Assembly (NCBI GenBank): GCA_963804885.1 | Contig: CAWDSF010000017.1 | Location: 241 to 64,240 of the forward strand | Direction of reading: 5' to 3' | DNA from: an uncultured beta proteobacterium | Lineage (GTDB): Bacteria; Pseudomonadota; Gammaproteobacteria; Burkholderiales; SG8-41 | DNA length: 64,000 bases | Shown here: piece after piece, positions 46,088 to 54,125 of the stretch | Layout: every line of letters starts with the position of its first letter | How positions within the stretch are numbered: position 1 is the first letter of the stretch | Notes under the pieces: generated by a model | Databases searched by the model: none | What the model was told of the DNA's origin: nothing | Seen by the model: the letters and a program-made list of their open reading frames with translations, nothing else | Translations under genes and position numbers: made by a program

Positions 46088-47726
46088 TCAATCCGGCTGA
46101 TCCGGCCGGAACTTCGTTTCCGGTTTTAACCCCTTGCGCTGCAGCGTCTCCGAGACGCGCCCATTTTCGAGATAATCCCCCGCCACCGCGCGTTTGGCCG
46201 CCGCTTCCCATTGCGGCAGCCAGTCGCCCTGCGGCTCGCCGAACCACGGCGATTGCGGACGCAGCTTCGGCAGGCCGAGTTCCTCCCACAGCTTGCGCGC
46301 GCGCTCCATATATTCCCGGCGCGGCAGAGCGAGCGGCGGCAACTCCTCCTTCATCGTCGCATCCATCAGCAGCGTCGCGTCTGCGCGCTCGGCTTCGTGC
46401 TCGCGCTCGGGACCGTGCCCCGGGCTGCGGTACGGCAACACCTGCAAGTCGGCCTCCGGGTTCATGCGGAACGCAATCGCCCAGAATAGCGCGTCCGAAT
46501 TGTCGGGGTCGATATCCTCGTCGACCGCGATGCAAATCTTGCCGCAATCCGCGCGCAATGACGTCGCGCCGTAGAGCGCGCGCCAGACTTCGGTGCGCGG
46601 CATGCCTTTGTCGACCGTGATGATGCAGATGCGCCGCAACGCTGTCATGCGCTCGTGCAGAGTCACGCGCTTGACGCCGCGGATGCCCAGCGTGTTGCGC
46701 AGGTGCGACAGAAACATCGGCTCGTAGGCAACGCGCTTCATCGCGCTCGATTCGCTCGGCGTGACCTGGCTCAGGTACGAAGCGACGATCGCGTTCTTCC
46801 GATGCGTGATCGCCGTCACCCGCATCGGTATGTTGAACTCCTCGAGCGCGACGTGGCCGTGCGATTCGCCGAACGGCCCTTCGGGCTCGACGTTCTCGGT
46901 GTCGAGCCAGCCCTCGATCACGATCTCGGCTTCCGCGGGCACCATCAAATCGACGGTGCGCGCGCGCACGATGTTGATCGGTGCGCCCGCCAGAGCGCCC
47001 GCGACGCCGATTTCGTCGACATCGATCGGCAGTTTCTGCGGCGCCACGAACGCCACGCACGGCGGGCCGCCGAGCACGATCGCGCACGGCATCGTCTTAT
47101 CGCCGCGCTGCTGGTGCTTTACGTAGTGCCGGTACCCGCCGGCGCCGCCCACGCGGGTCGCCATGCGCACGACCAGCCGGTCGGAAGCTTTCAGCGCGGC
47201 GCGGTAGGTGCCGTGGTTCTGCACGCCGGTCTCCGGATCGCGCGTGATGACGTTGGTCGCGGTGAGCGTCGGCGCGCTGTCGAATCCCGGCGTGGAAATC
47301 GGAATCGGCAGGCTGTCGAGGCCGCGTCCCGCGCCGCGCAGCGCGTCGCCTTCGATGACGATCTCCTGGCAGGCGGCGGTCGTCACTAGCTTTCGGCGCC
47401 AGCGGATGGGCAATCGCATGGTCCCACCGCGCCTGGACTTCGTCCGCCGTGCACCGCATGCCGAGGCAATAAATTTCCCGATTTCCCGCCAGCGCGCCGA
47501 CTACCACGGGAAACGCATACTTGCGGCCGCGGCCGTCGACGACATTGGTGAACAGGAAAGCCTTGCGCTCGTGCTCCTCGATGCCGCCGACGAATTGCCA
47601 GCGCACGAGCGGATGCAGCTCCGCGTCCTTGTCCACGGCGCGGTCAATGGTCAGCAGCAGGCCCCGCTGGTCGAGCGCTGCGAGATGCTCGTGCAGGTCG
47701 AGGTAGCCGCGGTTTTTTTCGGTCAT
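46088..47726 (-). CDS. UbiD-family prFMN-dependent (de)carboxylase (frameshift near 47400)
   Basis: KAFLFTNV, TRDPETGVQNHGTYR, VPAEAEIVIEG, EGPFGESHGH, VDEDID, WAIAFR. Confidence 0.92.
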
Positions 47727-47998
47727 TTACCTGGAGAGAGGCCACACCCGCGCAACCAGCTACGCGCGGCAAGCCGCTGCAATTTTTATAAGTGACCGGA
47801 GTCTAGCGCGAACGCCGGCGCATCTCAAACCCGCGCAACTTGCGGCATTTGCGTGCTTTTCCGGCACGCCAAGATCTGGCATTCGAGCTCCAGGGTGATG
47901 ACCGGGCATAACGTGCTGCTGCTGCGGCCCGGAAGCGTCCTGTTCGCATCGAATCGTGCAAATCCTGTAGGACAGCGCAATTGGCATCACGCCGCGCG

Positions 47999-48127
47999 TG
48001 TGCAGCTCTCAGGTACACGAGTGCACAGTCGGGATTTGCGTGCTCGGTTACACGCAACTTCGAAGATTGCGCACGGTCGAAATTCGAGTGCCGGGTTCCG
48101 CAGGGGAGAATGTGCGCCGGCTTTTTT
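47999..48127 (+). other. Candidate structured leader/sRNA ending in a terminator-like hairpin
   Basis: Consecutive and overlapping stems ending in GCCGG...CCGGC-TTTTTT, 22 nt before the SLT start codon. Confidence 0.4.
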
Positions 48128-48149
48128 GTATATTTTGCACGGATCCGTC

Positions 48150-48873
48150 ATGTTCAAACCCGCACTGTCCGACAAATTGAAAGCGTTCGCCTTTTTGGTT
48201 GCCATCGGCGCCGCTCTGCCCGCGCGCGCCGAAACACCCGCCGCGCTGGACCTCTCCGCCTACCGCCTCGGCCCCGATGTAATAGTGCGGCCGGCTGCGC
48301 CGGAGCCCGTTCCGGCCGCCGCGCCCGAACAGCGCCAGCATGCCGGCGTGTCCGCCCGGCTCGCCGGCATGCCGTTCGCGAAGCTGATCGAGGGCGCGGC
48401 ACGCGAAGCCTCGCTCGATCCGGCGCTCGTGCATGCCGTGATCTCGGTGGAATCCGGCTATAACCCGGCCGCGCGTTCGCCCAAGGGGGCGCTCGGCCTG
48501 ATGCAGGTGCTGCCCGCGACCGCCCTGCGCTACGGGATACGCAACGCCGCGCGCTCGCCCGCGGCCAACCTGCGCGCGGGGACGCTCTATCTCAGCGATC
48601 TCATGGTGATGTTCGATCAGCGGCTTGAACTCGTGCTCGCGGCCTACAATGCGGGCGAGGCCGCGGTGCTGCGCTACGGGCAGCGCATACCGCCGTTTCG
48701 CGAAACCCAGCATTACGTGCCGGCGGTACTCGCGCGCTACCTCGAATGGCGCGAACCTCCGCCGCGCATCGAAAAAGTGATTCCACCCGCCCCCGCGCGT
48801 ACCCGCATCACTTACATGCCCGGGCACTCTGCTCGAAAGCGAGTTTCCGCACTCGACGACCGGTTACCGCTGA
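48150..48873 (+). CDS. Soluble lytic transglycosylase (SLT domain) protein; C-terminus probably frameshifted
   Basis: Signal peptide; VESGYNP.ARSPKGALGLMQV, LAAYNAGE, PPFRETQHYV. Removing one base near 48822 gives a stop at 48873 that avoids overlapping galU. Confidence 0.88.
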
Positions 48874-48886
48874 GCTTTTGCATTCG

Positions 48887-49813
48887 TCAGCGCGAGTCAG
48901 CGCGCAATCGACTTAGCGGCGCGACGGTTGCGGATTTGGCCGGCGCGGTGTTACGCGCCGCCAGGTATTCGCGAAACTGCTCGCCCACTTCCGAATGGCG
49001 CAATCCGAACTCCACGGTCGCCTGCAGATAACCGAGCTTCGATCCGCAGTCGTAGCGCACGCCCTCGTAGCGGAACGCGAGCACCTGCTGCTCCTGGAGC
49101 AGCGCCGCGATGCCATCCGTCAATTGAATCTCGCCCCCGGAACCGGGACGCGCATTTTCGAGATAGTGAAAAATACGCGGTGTAAGCACGTATCGGCCGA
49201 CGACCGCCAATGTCGATGGCGCCTGCGCGGGCGCGGGCTTTTCAACTATCGCGCTCACCTGCTCGAGCCGATCTGCCACCGGGCGCGAGGCCACGATGCC
49301 ATAGCTCGCCGTGTCGGTGCGCGCCACGTCCTGCACGCCGAGCAACGAGCAATTGTAAAACGCGTGCGCGTCGACCATCTGGCGCATGACCGGCGGATCG
49401 CCGTCGATGAGATCGTCAGCGAGCAGCACGGCGAACGGCTCCTCGCCGATGATCGGCTTCGCGCACAGCACTGCGTGGCCGAGACCGAGCGCCTGTGCCT
49501 GGCGGATGAAAATGCAGTTGATGTTCCGCGGTGTGACGTTGCGCAGCAAAGCAAGCACGTCGTGCTTCCCGCGCAGGTCGAGTTCGGTCTCAAGCTCGTA
49601 CGCCTTGTCGAAATGGTCTTCGATCGCGCGCTTGCTGCGGCCGGTGACGAAAATCATGTCGGTGATGCCCGCCGCCACGGCCTCCTCCACCGCGAACTGA
49701 ATCAGCGGCATGTCGACGATCGGCATCATTTCCTTGGGGCTGGCCTTGGTCGCGGGCAGGAAGCGCGTGCCGAGCCCCGCGACCGGAAAAACAGCTTTGG
49801 TGACTTTCTGCAT
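48887..49813 (-). CDS. galU: UTP--glucose-1-phosphate uridylyltransferase
   Basis: [52 protein letters not shown]. Confidence 0.96.
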   Translation of the reverse strand: MQKVTKAVFPVAGLGTRFLPATKASPKEMMPIVDMPLIQFAVEEAVAAGITDMIFVTGRSKRAIEDHFDKAYELETELDLRGKHDVLALLRNVTPRNINCIFIRQAQALGLGHAVLCAKPIIGEEPFAVLLADDLIDGDPPVMRQMVDAHAFYNCSLLGVQDVARTDTASYGIVASRPVADRLEQVSAIVEKPAPAQAPSTLAVVGRYVLTPRIFHYLENARPGSGGEIQLTDGIAALLQEQQVLAFRYEGVRYDCGSKLGYLQATVEFGLRHSEVGEQFREYLAARNTAPAKSATVAPLSRLRADSR

Positions 49814-50374
49814 TTTTTCGACGACTCCCGGTTTGATTCGGTCAAATTGGTTGAGCTACCATACATCCACACGCCCGTTGCGGCAATGCAACACCCGGTT
49901 CCGATCCCATCGGCGGATAGCCCGCGGCAGAAGTGCGCGCGAATCGAGCTTACAATTGCCGCTCGACGCGACGGTTATGAAAACATGGCCGGAAAAAGTG
50001 TTTTGTACGTTATCGAACAGAGCGGTGGCCATGGGCAGGCTAGTCTAACGGCCGACGTGAATTTGTAAGTTATGCAATTCCGGCAATCGCGCCGCAGCAT
50101 GGCGCGGTAACAGCCGTGCAAGCCCGCGAAAAAAAAGGAGTGGCAGCATATGTATTACGTAACCGGCGACCGGCCGGCCAGTGGCGGCCCAATTTGCCCG
50201 GCCGCCCAGCGCCGTCTGTGCGCGTAATTCGCCGCCGTGGACGCGCCTGCGTGCCATTCCAAGTCCAAGCGTCAACCGTGTCCTATCTTCGCCAATTGAC
50301 GCCTGCCGCCCTAACAGCGGCAACGTCAGTTCCAACTTTCATCTGTATCGGTCTTCCCTCCAACGGCGCATTCA

Positions 50375-51784
50375 ATGACACCACATGCGATGCCCGTCAT
50401 GCTGCGCAACCCGGGCCGGTTTTCGGTCGGGCGCGATCATATACTCAACGTGATCGAGGTCATCCTCGATCCGCTGATCCTGGTGCTGTCGCAATGGGCG
50501 GTCGCGGTCGCCATCGAAGGACGCTTGACGCCGCAGGACGTGATTTTGTCCGTGGTCGTGTTTTCGCTGACGTTTCCCGGCCCGGCGCGGCTGACCATGC
50601 CCACCGGCCGCGCAATACGCAGCATCGTGCTTAGCTGGGCGACACTGTCCGGATTGCTGTTCCTGTTTGGCTATGCAAGCCGCTATCTGTGGGATTTCGA
50701 TGCGCAGTTACTGCTGACCTGGTGGTGGGTCTCGCTCGCGAGTCTGCTGGGCGCGCACTTCCTGCTGAAAGCCGCCGCGCCCGCCATCCGCGAACTGCAG
50801 GGCCCGGCGCGCTGCGTGGTGCTGGCGGGCATCAACGAACAGGGTATCGAGCTCGCCCGCCGCCTGGTGCGGGATGCTTATGCCAATGTGCGCATATTGG
50901 GATTTTTCGATGACCGCTCGCGCGAGCGGCTGAAGAACTTCGACGAGCATCCACTGCTTGGCTCGATTACGGACTTGCCGAATTACGTGAAGACGCACCC
51001 CGTCGACGTGATCTATCTGTCGCTGCCGATGGCATCGCAGAAGCGCATCCTGACGCTGCTCGATGGTTTGCGCGACACCACGAGCTCCATTTATTTCGCG
51101 CCAGACACTTTCGTCACGGACCTCATACAGGGCCGCGTCGACTCGGTCGGCGGCATGCCCGTCGTCGCGGTGTGCGAAACGCCGTTCACCGGGTTGAACT
51201 GGGTGTTCAAGCGCGGCAGCGATATCGTGCTGTCGCTCTTGATCCTCACGCTGATCTCACCGCTCCTGCTTTTCATCGCGCTGTGCGTGAAGCTGACGTC
51301 GCGCGGGCCGGTTATCTTCCGCCAGCGGCGGTACGGCCTCGATGGCAGCGAGATTATCGTGTACAAGTTCCGCTCGATGACCGTAATGGACGACGGCGAC
51401 GAGATCAGGCAGGCGCAGAAACATGACGAGCGGCTGACGCCGATCGGCGCCCTCCTGCGCAAGACCTCACTCGACGAGCTGCCCCAGTTTTTCAACGTGC
51501 TGCAGGGCCGCATGAGCATCGTCGGCCCGCGCCCCCACGCGGTTGCGCACAACGAGATGTACCGCAAGCTGATCAAGGGCTACATGCTGCGGCATAAGGT
51601 CGCGCCGGGCATCACGGGCTGGGCGCAGATCAACGGTTATCGCGGTGAGACCGAAAAGCTCGAGAAAATGAAGGGGCGCATCGATCACGACCTCGAATAC
51701 CTGCGTAACTGGTCGCTAAGGCTCGATCTCTACATCATCGTCAAAACCGTGTGGGTGGTGTTCGGCAGCGAGAACGCGCACTGA
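50375..51784 (+). CDS. Undecaprenyl-phosphate glucose phosphotransferase (WcaJ/GumD-type priming glycosyltransferase)
   Basis: N-terminal TM segments, GFFDDR, KRGSDI, YKFRSM, RKTSLDELPQ, GPRPHA, PGITGWAQING.RG, WSLRLD. Confidence 0.93.
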   Translation: MTPHAMPVMLRNPGRFSVGRDHILNVIEVILDPLILVLSQWAVAVAIEGRLTPQDVILSVVVFSLTFPGPARLTMPTGRAIRSIVLSWATLSGLLFLFGYASRYLWDFDAQLLLTWWWVSLASLLGAHFLLKAAAPAIRELQGPARCVVLAGINEQGIELARRLVRDAYANVRILGFFDDRSRERLKNFDEHPLLGSITDLPNYVKTHPVDVIYLSLPMASQKRILTLLDGLRDTTSSIYFAPDTFVTDLIQGRVDSVGGMPVVAVCETPFTGLNWVFKRGSDIVLSLLILTLISPLLLFIALCVKLTSRGPVIFRQRRYGLDGSEIIVYKFRSMTVMDDGDEIRQAQKHDERLTPIGALLRKTSLDELPQFFNVLQGRMSIVGPRPHAVAHNEMYRKLIKGYMLRHKVAPGITGWAQINGYRGETEKLEKMKGRIDHDLEYLRNWSLRLDLYIIVKTVWVVFGSENAH

Positions 51785-51978
51785 GCGTTTCCCCGTAGCA
51801 CCGAAGCGCTGACGCCCTGTCGGCTTCGTCCCACTTTCAAATCCGGCATCGGCTTTAGCTCGTTGTCGGCAGCCTGCCGACGCCAGCGTCTTCGCACGGC
51901 ACGGAATCGGAAATTCCGCGGGCAAAATTGCACGGAATTGTGGTTTTTGCACGATGCCTTCGCAGCACGAGCGTAGCC

Positions 51979-51996
51979 TGTCGCGGCATAGCGACA
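51979..51996. promoter_or_regulatory. Candidate enhancer (UAS) for a sigma54 activator
   Basis: Perfect palindrome TGTCGC-N6-GCGACA about 135-150 bp upstream of the -24 box; second palindrome TTGCCA-N4-TGGCAA at 52062-52077. Confidence 0.55.
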
Positions 51997-52129
51997 ACAT
52001 AAAGCCTTTGAACTCACGTGCTTAGTATGAGCAGGCGAGCTAGCGTCGGGGAACAGCGACGTTGCCACACATGGCAATGGTATCCAGAGGCCGACGCAAC
52101 ACGCTGTTTCCATATCCAAAATAATCCGC

Positions 52130-52144
52130 TGGCACGGCGATTGC
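52130..52144 (+). promoter_or_regulatory. Sigma54 (-24/-12) promoter
   Basis: TGGCAC-GGCGA-TTGC, an exact consensus match, followed by RBS GAGGAG and ATG at 52177. Confidence 0.85.
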
Positions 52145-52176
52145 GGAAGCTCCCCATGTCTGCGTAACGAGGAGCA

Positions 52177-52365
52177 ATGATGAAATTTGGCAAGCTGCGC
52201 ACACGCGCAACGTTTTCCCGCGGGAAATTTCATGGCCGGCACGCCGCTACGACTGCTGCCCAGCCGAAGGCGTCAACTCGCCCTTCCGTCCGCAATGCGC
52301 TTGACCGCACGCCCGACGATCCGGCGGCGCGCTGGCGGCTCTTCGAGCACGACTCGCTGTTCTGA
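52177..52365 (+). CDS. Small basic hypothetical protein (62 aa)
   Basis: Strong RBS (GAGGAG) right after the sigma54 promoter; stop lies 15 nt before the next gene. Confidence 0.6.
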   Translation: MMKFGKLRTRATFSRGKFHGRHAATTAAQPKASTRPSVRNALDRTPDDPAARWRLFEHDSLF

Positions 52366-52380
52366 TAAGCGGAGGCCGCA

Positions 52381-52788
52381 ATGCTCAATTACGACCTGCG
52401 CTTCGATGACGGCATCCTGGTATTGGAACCGGATGGCCCGCTTGAAGCGGCCGACTTTGCGACACTCGCTTATCACGTCGACAACTATCTCGATCGTCAC
52501 GGCGTCCTGCACGGCGTGATGGTCAAGGCGCACGAGTTTCCGGGCTGGCATGATTTCGGCGCGCTGGTCGCGCATCTCAAGTTCGTGCGCGATCATCATC
52601 GCAAGATCGAAAAAATCGCGCTGGTTTCGGATAGCAGCGTCGCGACCGCCATCCCGCGCATCGCCAACCATTTCGTCCGCGCCCACATACGGCATTTCGA
52701 TCCCGCGCGCGAAGACGAAGCGTGGGCGTGGCTTACGATGGAAGTCATGCGCAGGCCCGCTCGACACGAACATCGCGTCGGCATCTGA
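52381..52788 (+). CDS. SpoIIAA-like (STAS/SEC14) domain protein
   Basis: RBS GGAGG; GPL..ADF..LA..VD, FPGWHDFGALVAHLKFVRDHHRKIEKIALV, EA..WL. Confidence 0.85.
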   Translation: MLNYDLRFDDGILVLEPDGPLEAADFATLAYHVDNYLDRHGVLHGVMVKAHEFPGWHDFGALVAHLKFVRDHHRKIEKIALVSDSSVATAIPRIANHFVRAHIRHFDPAREDEAWAWLTMEVMRRPARHEHRVGI

Positions 52789-52802
52789 ACGAGGAGGCAA
52801 AC

Positions 52803-53150
52803 ATGCACACTATTTCGTACCATCAAACACAAATGCGCCCGCCGCTCAAGGGGTCTTTGTGGGAGCGCCTGCCGGACGTCGATTGGTATCAGGTAGCGGT
52901 GGTCGCAGTGGCGACGTTTGCAATCGCGATGGATCTCATGTTCCCGCCCAGCCGCATGGTCCTCGGCAATGGGCTCACGGTTTATGCAGGTCACTTCTTT
53001 TCGGCGGTCCCCGCACCCGCGGCACTGCAAGTCGATTTCGCGTGGCTCGCGCTCGAATTGGTCACGATAGTAGCGATTGCCGTAGTCGGCTGGAATCTGG
53101 GCGCGGCCGCCAATCAGCGGCCAGCGAACGACGAGCCGCCGGCAGCTTAG
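52803..53150 (+). CDS. Hypothetical two-TM membrane protein (115 aa)
   Basis: RBS GAGGAGG; two hydrophobic segments (VAVVAVATFAIAM; AWLALELVTIVAIAVVGW). Confidence 0.7.
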   Translation: MHTISYHQTQMRPPLKGSLWERLPDVDWYQVAVVAVATFAIAMDLMFPPSRMVLGNGLTVYAGHFFSAVPAPAALQVDFAWLALELVTIVAIAVVGWNLGAAANQRPANDEPPAA

Positions 53151-53185
53151 CCGTGGAACTCAATCAGCGAGAGGGAGATGTCGAC

Positions 53186-53419
53186 ATGGACGTTCTTTAC
53201 AACAGCGAGAACTTCTACGTGCTCGAGTATTTGTTCGGCCGCGGCTATGAGGTGATGGACAAGAATGCCGGCCGCGGGACATTCCTGCTCGGCGATGTCG
53301 CAGATCGCTTTCGCACCTCGATGATAGGCGCGATCCAGGAAGACGCGTCTGTCGAGCACGTCGATGAGTTTCTCGCGGGTTTCGGCGTGTTGAGCAACTA
53401 TTCGACGACGCTGCATTGA
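53186..53419 (+). CDS. DUF3567 (BTH_I0359-like) family protein, 77 aa
   Basis: M..LYNSENFYVLE...GYEVMDK...FL.GDVA..F...SVEHVDEFL...LH matches the family pattern as I recall it; RBS GAGGGAG. Confidence 0.75.
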   Translation: MDVLYNSENFYVLEYLFGRGYEVMDKNAGRGTFLLGDVADRFRTSMIGAIQEDASVEHVDEFLAGFGVLSNYSTTLH

Positions 53420-53430
53420 AGGAGCATTCC

Positions 53431-53628
53431 ATGGCCGGCGAAAGGCAGGAAGTCGTGGTGACCGACATCAAAGTGCACTTCTGGTCGATGGTTGTATTGA
53501 TGGTCGAGTGGGCGCTTGCCGCCATTCCGGCGCTCGTAATCCTCTATGTCGTTGCGATCGTCATCACGATGATCTTGGACGCCGTATTCGGACTTGGCTT
53601 GCGGTGGTGGGGTCCGCGCACGATTTGA
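53431..53628 (+). CDS. Small membrane hypothetical protein (65 aa)
   Basis: RBS AAGGAG; VVVTDIKVHFWSMVVLMVEWALAAIPA followed by a long hydrophobic helix. Confidence 0.75.
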   Translation: MAGERQEVVVTDIKVHFWSMVVLMVEWALAAIPALVILYVVAIVITMILDAVFGLGLRWWGPRTI

Positions 53629-53879
53629 ATGTTTGATTGCGCCGTTGCACGGGTAGCCATGGCGGCATCGAGCATCGAGGTAAGAGTTCACCTACACCAG
53701 CTTCAGTGGCGTCCTATTCCGGCCTTCCTGCAGGGCCGGTACGATTTCGACATCGCGAGAACCGCACATTGAATCGAGCGGTTCGTCGGTTGACGAAGGG
53801 ATAAAGCAATGAAAAGCCCATGCAGGGTGTTCGCCAACACTTCTACTGCGTTCGATCGCAGATAGCCGCCCCGCCCAAC

Positions 53880-54125
53880 ATGAAGGCCAAATCCAGGGAG
53901 GATGCCTTAACCGCCGACGACATCGAATGCCTGTGGGCAATCGCCCGCCGCGCGACCATACAGGATCGGCTGGTTCGCTCGCGCGGTCGTCACTTGGAAA
54001 AGCAGGGCTTGATCAAGCTCACGCACGAATGGCCCACGCTGACCGCCAAGGGCCGGCGGATGCTGAATGATATGTCGGCACGCGCGATACTCGATTTGCA
54101 CCGGGATCCGGACAGCGGTGAATGA
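53880..54125 (+). CDS. Small winged-helix-like protein (81 aa)
   Basis: LT..D.E.L..I...LEKQGLI......LTAKGRRML wing pattern; stop overlaps the treZ GTG start. Confidence 0.55.
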   Translation: MKAKSREDALTADDIECLWAIARRATIQDRLVRSRGRHLEKQGLIKLTHEWPTLTAKGRRMLNDMSARAILDLHRDPDSGE

